From NCBI GenBank assembly GCA_000165425.1, contig CT868052.1, forward strand, positions 62,001 to 126,000: a stretch of 64,000 bases of DNA. Direction: 5' to 3'. Position numbers and translations under genes: made by a program. Shown one piece after another: positions 37,319-50,817 of this stretch. This DNA is from Paramecium tetraurelia. Lineage: Eukaryota. The notes under the pieces are model-generated. The model made no database searches. It was not told the origin of the DNA and saw only the letters and a list, made by a program, of their open reading frames with translations. The number at the start of each line of letters is the position of its first letter. Within the stretch, counting starts at the first letter, position 1.

Positions 37319-38067
37319 TCAATTTTTTAATGCATCCTTCAATCTACTCTTTCTTTGATTTCCATTCATCTACGCTAAAATACGTTACATCAAAGCAGCC
37401 TTATAAGGATTGTGTTGATCAATGTCTCTAGACAACTGTTTCGGATCGAGGTACTTTTTCCTTATATAATCAAGATCATTTCTAAGAATACAGTTTAAAT
37501 TTACAGTCTCTAGAGATATACCTTATGAACATTATTTATTTAAGTGTTGTCATTAGCAGTCTATACTTATACTCTCTATTTCTTAGGAGCATAATCATCT
37601 AGAATGTCCTAATCCTAGAACACATTATAAGTCTATTGCTACTATTTCCTCTCCTATAGAGGTTGATCCTGATGTTGCATTTATTGAGGTTAATTTAATT
37701 GATACCCTCGATCTGTCTACCACTATTCTGAGCTTGGTTATTTGAATATATTGTCTTGCATAACTTATTTCCGTATTCGTTCTTCATTAAAATTCTTTCG
37801 ACTTAATGTTGTTCTCTCTTGGGATGAAGCTTAAAAAGATTAAACCTAAGGTTGTTTGTATTACGATTGAAGTTGCCCAATTTTAAAAGGAGATTCCTAC
37901 TTTATTGGAGATTGTTGCAGTTAAAATTTAGGTTGCTGCTAAGAGAATTTAAACTAAGGAATTTATTATTATTGAGGTGCCATTTGCATATCATATCCAA
38001 GTTTCACTTAATCAAACATTTCATCTTCGAATAAATGCCTGTATTTGCTATAAAATTATTATGACAT
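37319..38067 (-). CDS. Hypothetical Gln-rich protein
   Basis: MSQQFYSKYRHLFEDE...DIDQHNPYKAALMQRILAQMNGNQRKSRLKDALKN-TGA. One intron. Confidence 0.7.
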
Positions 38068-38116
38068 TATTTATAATTATATATGTATAATCATAAATTA
38101 GTAACAATCATCCGCA

Positions 38117-41100
38117 TCAATACTTTTAACAAACCTTCTCTTACAGTAGTTGTCCAATTTAATCAATTTTTACATTTTCCTTTAATGTTCCCTTACCCAT
38201 TTTTTATTGAAATACCTAACAAACCTTTTGTAAAGATTTAGACTCTTTAATTTCAGTGCAAATTAAAATATCTATTTTCTATCTGAGTTCTTAATTGACT
38301 TATGCAAACAAATCCATCGACACATTTGGATAATCAGCATCCCCATCAGTGTAAAATACAACGGTTTAACTAATTTAGATATTTCATAATAATTTACAAA
38401 TCGAATTGTGAAATACATCTTTAAATAGCATAGAATACTAAAAGAAATGCATTCTCAAAATTTGTCCCTCCAGACATCATTTAAAATTACTTAACTTGCT
38501 CCTATTAAGGGATTTCTTCAGGTTGATTACTCCCAACAACAAATCTAGCATCATCACTAAATTGAATAAGCGAAATTCTATTGTTTGGATACTTCCGCAA
38601 CTCTATAAAACATTACTAAATTGCTTCCATCAAGATCTTCCACTTTTACCCTGCCATAGACCCAGATTCATCAATTACTAATATAAAATGATGGCTTTGA
38701 TTCCATTATTCTAATTCCTTTTAAAAAAATCTGCAATTCAAATAATTGCAAATGACTTTACCAACCTTATAATTCCAGTAAGTTTGATAGTTCAATTAAT
38801 GCTATTTTAATTCTTCATTATTTTTGAAATTGCAAAAATTCCAAATTTTATATCTTAATTTCAAATCTACCCATTTTCTTAGATCTTGCACTTGCTAATC
38901 ATAAACATAATAATCATCCTGCAATTCTTCACAAGTCAACAATGATAATTTTTGATCAATCAAAATACCCTTCATGCCTCTAATAATTAATATTTATTAC
39001 TTCTAATTTAATGTCCAGTAGAACATTTATGTTTATGTTTCTTTAAAACATCTTGATCACATTTTCTTCCACAAAATGGACAGGATTCAGAACACCCTAT
39101 TTATATCTTCTTAAATTCGCTTATTTGATCATCAAGATCTCTTATTATCAAATCTTATTAGTATTATTTTAATTCGAGTATATAAGTATTCATCTCAACT
39201 TCCAGTTAATCTAAAAACATTTTTAAAATTGGTATTCTTCCATCCTCTCCAATTTACAAATAATATTAAATTATATCCTATTCTGATTTGTTTTTATTTT
39301 ATTACTCTACCTATGCACCATTCGATCTTTTATTATCTTCATTTTAATTTCGAGGGATTGCGAAGCCAGCTTAAGAATCAGATTCAATTAACCTTGATCC
39401 TTAAATGCTTCTTTAAACCAAAATAAGTTCAAATATAAATTTGTAGACTAGAGAACCAGGCTCAATTAAATGATGATATTCTGATTTAATGTAGTATTTA
39501 GATCTTTATGGGAACTTAAATTTTTTATTCATTTAATTGACAATCTACCGAGTATTCTGGTATTTCTCTATCAAAACCTCTATTTTCCTTAGTTTTTATT
39601 ATATCCTTTGTTTCACTTATGATATTTTTTTATCTACATGATTTTCTATAAATTTTTTATGATTTAGAACATATTCAAGAATATCCTGATCTGATATATC
39701 TCTAATCTAATGGCCAAAGATATTCTAATCTAATTCCTTAATTACTGATTTACAAGAGCCTCTCAAGGGATTTAGATATTTTTGAATCTCGTTGATCACA
39801 TCCTCCTTCTTAGGTAAATTTAACTACTCTACAATTTTTAGATGAAATAATTTAGCTTAGGTTTCGCTCAATTCTCTTTCAGCGGTAAAATGTAAATCAA
39901 ACCCAGGAGTATCTTCAGGAGGGATGTATTTTGAATAAAATTGCTAATCAGATGAATATAATTAGTAACATAATTATGTCAAAGTTTCATTGTCATCCTA
40001 ATTTTACTTTATCTTAATGTATTAAATAAGACTCTTAGATTATTGATTTATGTTGCCAATAAGAAAATCTATTTTGAAAATGTTTGGAAATGGATATATT
40101 ACTTGAAATCCCTTCAAAATGTAAACCTTTTCTTGCTGATTTTCTAAATTTAGCACTCTCTCAAGAAAATCTAAGATTTCTTAATAAAAATTGTTAGAAT
40201 ATTTTGGTGGTTCTGTAACAGAAATTAAGTTTAGAAAATATGAAAAATCTTTTTCATTAGATATCACATATTCGAAAAAATGTAAAAGAATATCATTTGC
40301 TTTGCTTAATGTTATAATTTAAAATAGATTCTTCAAAATTCTCTACCAGGTATTTAAAAATATTTATTGCTCAAAACAACATTGCACTATAAGATAGAAG
40401 ATGTCAATCAAAGTTTGTTAGAATACAATTGCTTTCAGCATAAGCCAATCATCTTAATCAATTTATGAGAGCCAATCTCGATGCTTTAAACAATTATGGG
40501 TTGTTTGAATACTCTTCAGTTTCATAGCTGCCTCCATTACTATAAAATGATCTGGTAATTGTAATTGTAAACACCTGTAAATAGTATTTACTTATTATTT
40601 AGTAAATTATAATCTAAGGCTTAGCAATCTAATGATTTCAATCTATTCTATTTGACTTTTAGGCTTTATAAAATCATAAAATTTATAAAATTGGCTTGTT
40701 ACACTTGGGAATTGATAATACTAGAATATCTTAACTTACTCATCTACATATTATATGTGTTATTTAAAATTTTGAGTACTGTCAATTACTAAACTATAGG
40801 ATCTCAAGCTAAAGTATTTATCAAAATGGGTTTCTATAAGTTTTTCGATGTTAATATTTTCTAATACAGATTTAAGAATTTAAGTGCTCTATTATGTCAA
40901 CTCTTTTAAATCATTCCAGTCTCCTATTTCATATATTGATAAACTTTCTGCAAGACTTTAATAATGTTCATTATATGCATCAAATTACATGAATAAATCA
41001 GAATCTTGGAGTGATTCTTCTAAGTTTATGACATTTTCTTATAAATACTAAATAATTGAGTTGGATGCTTTTCTGTAGCGTATTGAACTATTAGATAATT

Positions 41101-42007
41101 TAGATTAGATTTTGGATCCATATATACTAGATTAAAAGATGCCAGATTAAAATTAATTTATAGATATTCTTGATGATGCATATTGAGATTAAGTAGGCCT
41201 AAATTAAATGACAGATTAAGAAAGGGCTGATTATTTTTGTTTTTGAGGTTCCTTCTACAATTAATGTTATTTACTGATTAGCCAATAGTAAAACAATAGT
41301 TTATGGTAGATTATTCTTTTCTTTACTGAGATTGCTGGAGATTGTTTCATATAATTTAGGATATCTTCATAATTTAATTCATCTTTCTTTAATAAAGTCT
41401 AAATAAACTCATCAGCGTTCTATGATAGCTGATCATTATTCAAATTATAAGTCAATGAATTATTGATAATAAGTTTAAAGTATTTTGAATGTTTTGAAAA
41501 TTCTAATAAATTGATTTACTCATCTATTCCTTTTTATTAGTTTTAAATCATTTTTACTAACTATGAATATTGATTGCTGTATAATCGCTAAACCAATTAT
41601 TTCAAAAATTCATAATGCCACCAAATAGATGCTATTATATCCCCGATCACTTAATGCAAAATATATAGATTTTATTGATTTAATCTAGCAATTTATTTAT
41701 ACTTAAATAAAACAAGATTTTAATAAAAATTAATGTAAGATCCTTTGTTGAAATACATGTATCCGATCAGTTCAAAAAAATTGATTCTCTCTTCATCCAT
41801 ATGTGAAATTAAATCTATATTGTGTTTGATTGACAAAGGTATATCGAAATATAAATAAAATTCTTGCATTCTCAATAGAGCCATAACATATCCATTTAAC
41901 TTATAGTCCAAAATCAAATCACTAACTTCTTGAAATTCTTGCTTTGAAATTGTCAGGGGAGATTTCGAGAGTATAGAATTTACTATTTCTTTTGCCCGAT
42001 TTTCCAT
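38117..42007 (-). CDS. Large protein with VLIG/URGCP-like Cys/His module and C-terminal von Willebrand A domain
   Basis: GCSESCPFCGRKCDQD..HKHKCSTGHQ..GMKG..LSLLTCEE, then HFILVIDESGSM (MIDAS DxSxS), GGTNFENAF and VVFYTDG. Confidence 0.8.
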
Positions 42008-42049
42008 TTATAATTAATAGTAACTATATTAAATTAACTATTAAAATTG

Positions 42050-42353
42050 ATGAATAAAAAATTATTATCAGCTTTGAATCATAGCAAATATTATTCTACT
42101 CCATTAAACTCAAAAGAACAAGAACTTATTTTGGACATTCTTTAAGAGCTTTATATAATTAATCTAAATTTATAAAGCCCATTTTTCATATAAATTTGGA
42201 TGAACCTTTATTCTAATATATAATTAAAATAAATACCTTGTTACAAAACTAACTAATACTAATGTAATTAAGCTACATCTTTTATAATCTCGATCTAAGA
42301 TTTGACAATTTACAAAATAATTAAACAAACATCAATATATTTCTAAAACTGAA
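42050..42353 (+). pseudogene. Possible decayed gene or short ORF divergent from the vWA gene
   Basis: ATG in typical AT-rich context 42 nt from the neighbouring ATG. The first ~35 codons look protein-like (MNKKLLSALNHSKYYSTPLNSKEQELILDILQEL), then the sequence degenerates. Confidence 0.3.
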
Positions 42354-42824
42354 AATTTTTAATGCTTATTGATTTAATATTTCCAATATTAAATTCATTT
42401 ACAAAATTAGTTGAATTTATTGAACTATTTTAGATAAAGATAATAAATTTCAGAAGTCTAATTGTGTACTAGATACACTGTCTTAAATTTTTGTTTTGTT
42501 AAATAAATATGATATTTTTTTTATTTTTCATGTTCTTTCAATTATAAATTTAATTTGTATTTATAATTATACAAATATGAATTTAATATATCTGATCAAT
42601 CTTATTAATTTTCTAAAACAGAATATCAATTCATAATATTTTATAAGGTGGGTCAATAAACAATTTATATTAAAACACTCAAGTATGGAGAATAAAAAGG
42701 GTTACCTAAGATTAGATAATATACTCAAAGTTTTGATAATCACAAATCAAAATACTGATTATCTAAATCAATAGAATTTAAATTATAATAATCAATAAAA
42801 AATGAGTATATAAAGTTAATCACA

Positions 42825-44379
42825 TCAACGTATACTGATATTCTGTGGAACCAATTAGCATTTATTATTTTATGATTCACCAAAACTTTAAGGATAGATA
42901 TTCCAAAATCTCAATGTCTCATCTCCTGCTCCAGTTACAATGGTATATCCATCAGGAGACATAGCTAAATAGAGAACACTTAAAATTAATAAATGATATC
43001 TTACCGACTAGTGTGACCAACCAAAGTTGCAATTCTTTTCATTCCATTACATTTCCACAAAATAATCTAATGCTGACTGTAACCATGAGTAGAAATGAGT
43101 TCATTTTCCATCTTACTGAACATTAAATTGCAAACTTAACTTCCAGTATCTTCCTTTGATAATAGTTTTCCTTCTAAAGCATTCCAAAATCTGATAGTTT
43201 TATCTGCAGTTCCTCCACCACTTGCTAATAATCCATGTTAATGAGGACTCCAAGCTATAGCTTTAACAGCTGCTTAATGTTCTGTGAATTTGAATATTGG
43301 CTTATCATGTTAAGCTGCACTCCAAATGTATAATTTGTTATCATTTCCTCCTGATGCTAGTAATTGACTGTCTGGTGACCATTTCAATCCACATACCTCT
43401 TATTTATGAGCAGTCTATTTAAAGAAGTAGTCTTCCTTTTATCTTAAATCTCTTTAAAGTATTGATTTATCTCTTGAACCACTACTTAACATGCTCTCAG
43501 CAAAACATAGGGTTCCTACTCTGGCAACATGACTTTTATAAGTCCTTACTTTTTATAATTTACAAGCATCCCATATTTAAACTTCACCATTGTTTGTTCC
43601 CACACCCAAAAATGGTCCTCTCAATGACCATCCAACACTTGTTACTATATCATTACTTAGATCAAGTAGCTTTGTTACTTTTGATGATTGGGCATTCCTA
43701 CTTTTAAATTAGAATTGTACCACAAATACACACAGTTACTAAGTGCTACAGAAAGGGTATTTTGATTGCTCCAATCTATTAAATTTAGATAGAAATCATC
43801 TTATAATTATGGGGCATCCAAAACTTTAAAAGGCACTTTTGGAATTTTTCTTATGTATTTCCCATAATAGCTGGACATAGTTTCTGGCAATGCGAAGTAT
43901 TTATGATCCACCAAAGGACTTTTATTATTTTCATATTGTTTACCTATTGTAATTTTTTGGATCTATAGAATCTATATAATGAAGATGTTCATTCTTGTAT
44001 TAGAAATTATTTTGGTTCACAAATTTCAATGAACCATTTTCTGGCTCCATTACAGGCTCCTAATCAAGAATTTATTATTTATATAGCATTTCCAATGCAG
44101 CCTAAGATGATGCAATGTCTTGGGCCGGAGCCTTAGTTTCAGATAGTATATTGAATTTCTTCTTGATCATTGGGATGAAACGATCTCCAGCACAACTGTT
44201 TCTTCTCTTCTAATCTGAATTTCCTAAATTGATTAAATTTTCCTATTGCTGAGCACTAATAGGATCTGGTTGCTTCCCATGGATCATAGTCTGAATCTTG
44301 GACAATGAAGTCTGAGCGCATGAACTAGAACAATCCTAAAATATGATATCCCTATTACTTGAAGTTTTAGCTATGACAT
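42825..44379 (-). CDS. FZR1: APC/C activator Fizzy-related / CDH1 (CDC20 family WD40)
   Basis: C-box [59 protein letters not shown]-terminal IR tail (SIR-TGA). Confidence 0.93.
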
Positions 44380-45225
44380 TTACAAACAAAAATAAAATTT
44401 ATGTTTGACATAAATTTTACTTGAAACCTTTATACAACTACTAAATTAATTTATTGCTGTTTTATTTATAGAAAGCCACTCCTCTTCACTCTCTTATATA
44501 TCCAACACAAAGGTAGTATTTTTATGGCTTTTGGCTCTCAGCTCCATTAATCATAATTAGAAATAATCAAAATAGATTATAAGTCAATATAAAACTAAAA
44601 CTTCTTGTCTTATCTGGTCGACTGATTGGACCTGTTTAGTAAAACATAGTATGATAATTGTTTGATAATTAATTCTTTTTGGTATTTCTCCTTGTTCTGG
44701 TATATTAAGAAATATAAGACAGAAGAATTTTATATTGGCAAAAATTAGAGGTTTCAAGTTAATATTCTAATATTTGCTGATATTATAGCAATTTTTAAGA
44801 TAAATAAAATTTATTATATCAATATAACTAATTTTTTTCAACCTATTCTTTGCAACCTAAAGACAAACACTCGAATTTATTTAGAGATCAATTTACATAT
44901 TAAGACTAGCTTTCTGATTTATTTGACAAAATATTTGAGTTTTGATTTTTCATAAAGTTGTTTTAGAAGAAATCATTATAAATAAACGATATAAAATATC
45001 AACTATTTCAGTAGTGAATTCCATAATATTTAACAAATCATTAATACAGAATGTTTATAAGGTATTTCAATATTGATAAAATGAATATCATCCAAAAAAA
45101 TACTTAAAACTGCTTTAGATTAAATAAACTATTAAATATATTAATATTGTTTTATTATTCTTCTATAATTTAAATTCAAATACATATAAAATAATATATA
45201 TATGGATATTTATACTCCATTTTTT

Positions 45226-45599
45226 TCATCCTGACTTGAAAAGGAGAACTGATTTTCCATTCGATAAAAAATCAAAAAATGTTAAAAGTTCTAAATCATA
45301 ACTTAAGGAACATCCAAAGTTAGATCCAATAATGCATTGCCATTCACCTTCGCCCTCTATTAAAATAAATGACAGCTTATACTTTTCTTATATTCTTGAT
45401 TAGTTTTTATATGTTTGATCAATTCCACACACACATCTTTGTCTAAAGTATATTTTTTGAATAACTCATCTAATTCTAAAAGAATATGGTAAATGTTTGT
45501 CTTACTTAATAAGATGTCTTTCATAAACTTTTGATTTAATTCTGAACTTCTAACACGAATAGGTGGAAGATCAACCTGCTTTTCTTCATCTGAATCCAT
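45226..45599 (-). CDS. Dynein light chain, LC8 family
   Basis: IRVRSSELNQK...EWQCIIGSNFGCSLSYD...SVLLFKSG-TGA. 2 introns. Confidence 0.88.
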
Positions 45600-45640
45600 C
45601 AGTTTTATATAATTAATTAAATTAATATAATATAATTAAC

Positions 45641-48531
45641 TCAACCAATTAATACTTTTATTCCTAGATTTGATAATTATGCTTTCTCCTTGCTAATTTA
45701 GATTTCTTTGACTAGATTACTGTGAAAATGTAATTCTTTTACAGGATATTCTTTTAGACCCTACTTTAAACTAATTAGATGATGCAAGCCTTTTTCTTAT
45801 AACAGATTGTATTATAAATGCAAGCTCTCGATTCTAATTTAGAATAAATGTTTACTAGGTTTTCGTAATGGAATCCAAGATTTTAATGAGTATTTAATCA
45901 CTAAGATCGCATTTGACAAATTTCAAAGTCTTAAGCGAATTGTTTTTTTCCAAAGCATCTGCAATTTTTTATATAAAGAGTTCATTCATTGTAATTTAAC
46001 TGAAATCCGCAGTATCAATTTGATTAGACTTAATTTCCTCAACAATTTGTTCAATCTTAAGTTTTTTGTATGTAATTATTTGTAAATCAGAGCCTTGAAG
46101 CATTTAATTTGTAGCCCGAGAATCAATATTAGAAAATTCATTTTAAAAGGGAACATTCATAAATCGTCTGTTGGTAGGAACAGAATCAAGGTTAGGAGTA
46201 GTTTGTGATTACCCTTCATCATCATAGCTATTGCCCTTTCCTTCACTAGTTCCACAATCAGACTACTCTTCATTTCCTTAATAATAGTCTTCTCTATCAA
46301 GTTTTTCCTCATGATCTCCAACGAATTGAATATCTTGGAATTTATTTGCTTAGCTTTCTAATTTCTTTTTGATCAAATAAGCAATTTTTTCAGAGAGACG
46401 TGGAGCAACCTTAGTAAATTAGGCTTAAATCAGTTCTCTAATAACTTTTTATTTTTTTTGTATGGCAACCTCATCTTCCACATTTTCGTCTTATTTTTTA
46501 GGTTGCTTTGCATCAACATTGATGGGTAAATTTTATTTATTAAAGAAGGTTGGAGGCATCGGTTTAATGGGTCTTATTATAGCTTAATGGTTCTTATCGA
46601 CAATCACTTAAGGTTATTTCTTAGGCTGCCACATGATTTCATTTGGGTTCTATCCAACAAATTCCCTACTAAAAGTGATTTGTAATTGAGGTGGCTAGTA
46701 TACTTGTAAATTTGATTCTTCAGAATCGCTAATATAAAAATCTACAAAAATATGTAGTTCACTCAATAACTCAATGGACTCAACAGATTGTTCAATGTAA
46801 AATATTTTCATAGCAGAATAACTCTATAATTTTTTAATTGTCATCAAGTAGCGTTAAACCTATGGATCAACGTTCATAGGCATAACTTGCTGATGGAAGA
46901 ATTCCTTAAAGATTTAGTCTAATTCATCATCTTATCTCCACAAAAATTGCAGTTAAATTTGATATGCTTTATTTTAATCAGTTACTTAATCTAAGTTACA
47001 ATTGATTTTCAAAGAGGGTTTTTTGTCGCCTGAATATTTTGCTATTAATTCTAAAATGCTCATAAATATCAAAGAGAAATTAGTAGAGTTTCCCTTCATT
47101 TTATCTTAAATACTATTGTCAAAGTATAGATTAATGCTAGTAAATTTTTATAAGTATCTGCCAGCAAATACTTCAATTAAATAAGTTACCAATCCTTTAA
47201 CTACAATATATATAATGATGTCTACATTAAAAGTTTATGAGGTTCGATTATGGAAAGAAGCTTGTTGAAACCTCGTAAGTTTCAAATTCAAAAATTATCT
47301 TATATAAGTCTACAATTGATTAGGAAATCACCTTCAAATCTGATTCTCTTATGATTTCTAAACTTCTCATATTATCCCATTTCTAAAAATCTTGCTATAA
47401 ACTAACGAGCATCTATTGACCACTAGAATGTTAAAATAAAAGGATTTACTTCTATTTAATTTATTGGATTAGGTGATTTTAAAGGACTTTATTTTATTAG
47501 AATGTTTTGTTTGCATTTATACATATCATAAACAACCTCATTTAATTGATTTTGAATGGTTTAATTAGGACTGTTAAAATCTAAAGGTAAGTGAAAGTAT
47601 TACTTCTTTTTAAATTTATTCAGTTATTTTGAGAGAATTCAATGTTAAACATGCTACATTTAGATATTTATGAATTGACTTTTATAGATTGTCTTCTTTC
47701 TGACTCTAGAACTTCGCCAATTTATTTTCAGTGATAACTTGAGCCGTTTGTTATTGCTATTATTATTGCGACTAATTTTTATTTTATTGCATGATTAAGC
47801 TTTATTCAAGAGATTACTATATTAAGACAGTATTCATTTGAACAATCAATTATTTGGAATCTTAATTTAGGTATTGTAAGAATAAGTCTTAATCCTAAAA
47901 TATCTCTTTCAATGATCCTCCTAATTTAACTCCGCAATTTGCAGTCAGTTCTCGAGCCATTTTGTTTGACCAGTGTATTTGAGATTTGATGTTTACTATA
48001 AACAATGGAAATGGTAATTCCTATAAGAATTTCTCATCCTAATCCACTTTTTGTTTTTTCTACTTATGTTTAAAATAGTTACTTTTGTTAATATTTCTTC
48101 AACATGTTGTTTGGCATAAATGTATATTGCCAAAGCAATTATTAGAATAACGAATAATATTTGTTAATTGTAATTGTAAGGCCCCGATATCAGGAAAGCT
48201 CCGATTTAATTCAATATTATAAAAAGGTTAGATTTCTCAATTAAGGCTATGGGAATCAATACAGTTGCTGCTTAGACATAATAGGGATTGTATTTGCTTA
48301 AGTAAAAGTACATGTAACTTTGAAGTAAAAAGACTAGAATCAAAGTAAGTTTTTTAGTTATAATATAGATGGAAGCAAAGAATATGTTGAATAGCATCCA
48401 CATCTAATAAATGTCTTTGGGATTCTAAAATATAGATTTTCATTTACGAATTCTTATTGTTTTAAGTCAATATGCACGGAGACAACGTAGAAAACAATAT
48501 GAATCACTATAAATTCATATATTTATCTCAT
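45641..48531 (-). CDS. Membrane protein with PAS-like domain, degenerate histidine-kinase-like core and C-terminal LRR module
   Basis: N-terminal hydrophobic helices; FLQELPFPLFIVNIKSQIHWSNKMAREL (PAS-like); INLYFDNSIQDKMKGNSTNFSLIFMSILELIAKYS (HATPase-like, N-box lost); SLKTLKFVKC..IESLHLQYNLL. About 6 introns. Confidence 0.65.
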
Positions 48532-48550
48532 TTAATATATAATTTTTATA

Positions 48551-49042
48551 TCAATATTTTCGTTCTGTTCGTAATGATAAATCGTCAAGTTTGGCATCGT
48601 TATATTGAAATTCACATTCATCTGCTGACTTTTTATCTTTGAAAAAGGCTTTCAAAACTACCTTTAATGTAGTAAATATTTACTTTTGTTTCCGCCTCGT
48701 TTTCTTGTATATTATTGGCAATAATATGAAGTTTAACCAAATTCCCGCATCTAGATCTTATATCACTCTAACTTAAGGCAATCTAAATACCATAAGGTCA
48801 GATATTTAATTCTTGGCTAGAAAATTGTAAATATCAATTTCATATAAATCCCTTGGATTGGCTCCATTTTATTATCTCCAATCATTTCTTCTTTATTTAT
48901 CCCTATTTCGATTCTACGAATTGTCTCTTGGCCTATTAAAGTTATTCTTTGTCTTTCTAATGCGCCTAGATTAATTTTGCTGCTTTTAATGTCTGGGCTT
49001 TTTGATATTTGATTCCAAATTAATTTCTTCTACTTCTGACAT
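48551..49042 (-). CDS. Small R/N-rich protein with divergent RRM (Aly/REF-like)
   Basis: Basic N-terminus; YEIDIYNF..ISDL..; FKDKKSADECEFQYNDAKLDDLSL. 2 introns. Confidence 0.65.
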
Positions 49043-49064
49043 TAAATTAAAATTAATAATTAAA

Positions 49065-50005
49065 ATGGCAAATTTACATGGCTATGGAGAATATCCACCA
49101 GATTAATAGTAAAGAAGACAGCCAAGGACACTACGCGATTATTTCGGAGACAGTATAAAACGATTCCCATTTATAGGTTATTTCAATATTCAATAAATTA
49201 GGAGCTTAAGTTCTAAAAACGAATCCCAGATAAATGCATTACTTTGAAATGTTATAGAATAATTATTTTCCAGGATACAAAATACAATCTGTTACAACAT
49301 TAGCAATTTTTGTTTATACTTTAATATTTACTCTATGTATCTTTGGAGGAATTGAAAAATAAGGATAATTTTTAGAAATCAGTGATGCAACACTTTAAAG
49401 TCATGGGGGTTTAGTTACAAATCAAATCAAAAATGAGTTCATGTTCTAATAACTATTTACAAGCATCTTTTTGAGTAGAGATTTTTATCACTATTTTTGC
49501 ATTGTTTTCTTGTTACTCCTATTATTATCCAGTTTTGAATATGCATCAGGTCCTCTTGTAGCCATTTCTTTATATATTTTTAGTGGAGCTTTGGGAGCAT
49601 TATTTGGAAGTTCTATTAATTGTTGTACAGATCTGATTTATTTACATGCAAATACTGCTATTTACGGATTGATAGGGGCATTCTTAGGGGTATTATTCTA
49701 TTTAAATTTAGTGTATAATTTTAAATTGGTGCACGCTTGAGATTTTGAATGAAATGAGAGCATTTCTATGTTGTTTTATGTGGATTCTATTGACATTTGT
49801 CTTAGTCATCACGTTATCAGCTATTAACACAAATCACAATGATAAATATGGCTAGATTGGAGGATTGATTACTGGGTTTTTCCTTTCATTAGCAATTGTT
49901 CCACCAATGAATTAGGATAGTTATGAAGACAAAGCAAAAATATTTGGTTGGACATTTTTAGGAATATTTGCTTTCATTAGCACTTTGATGATTATTGTAA
50001 TGTGA
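49065..50005 (+). CDS. Rhomboid-family membrane protein, catalytically inactive
   Basis: QLFTSIFL, LYIFSGALGALF, HANTAIYGLIGA (replacing GASGA), DKYGQIGGLITG (replacing HxGG). 2 introns. Confidence 0.8.
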
Positions 50006-50817
50006 TATTATATTATTATCTTAATTAATATATCATATTTATCATTAAGGATAAACAGAAGAATTTTAAGAAAAATGAGTAAAACATTCTATAAAGGGGT
50101 AAAAATAAGTTGCTCCAAAATTTTAATTGATTTATTTTATTGTTTTAATAAATTAAATTAACTTATATTTAATTCAGTTCATATCTGCATGCATATTAAG
50201 CATACACATTTTTAAGTGGAAAATCACTTAAAACTGTCTATACTCTCTTATCTATATGTATAAAAATGAGTGCAATATCTTAAGTTACAATTGTTGTGAC
50301 TCTTAGTATCATTTAAATTCTAAGTAGTCTTGCGAATGGCTTAAAGTTAAAGTATTAGGCTTTCCAGCACATTTTTGATTGCCATTTCAAAAGAAAATTT
50401 GTTACATTCTTTATTATTTTTAAATTTGAGATTTTAATTCATATTTATAAACTGCTTATTTTCATCCTCAATCGTTGACATCTCAATCAAAATCAATAAA
50501 AATTCTTTAATTTTCTCAAAAAATAACAATACAAATTTGAGAATTCAGTTTTAATTTTGATTAATTTTATAGAAGCAAAATATATTATGAGATTATATTG
50601 GGATTAAAGATTAAGGATTCCATTGTAAAGCATGATCTAATGGGAATAGATTATAATTAAAAATAAAAATTAAACTTGAAAATATCAATATTGTGAGATT
50701 AAGTGCAAGTTGTTATTTTTAGTTTAATGGGAAGTATCCTTTTTTAATTTAAAAGCAATTAACTAATTCATCTCTTAATTAATTATTATTATATCATAAT
50801 CTTATTTCAGATTATAA

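Noticed and set aside
44400..45200. Long spacer between FZR1 and the LC8-type gene (similarly 50010-50810)
   Set aside because: Only short broken frames; nothing supportable beyond a possible relic.
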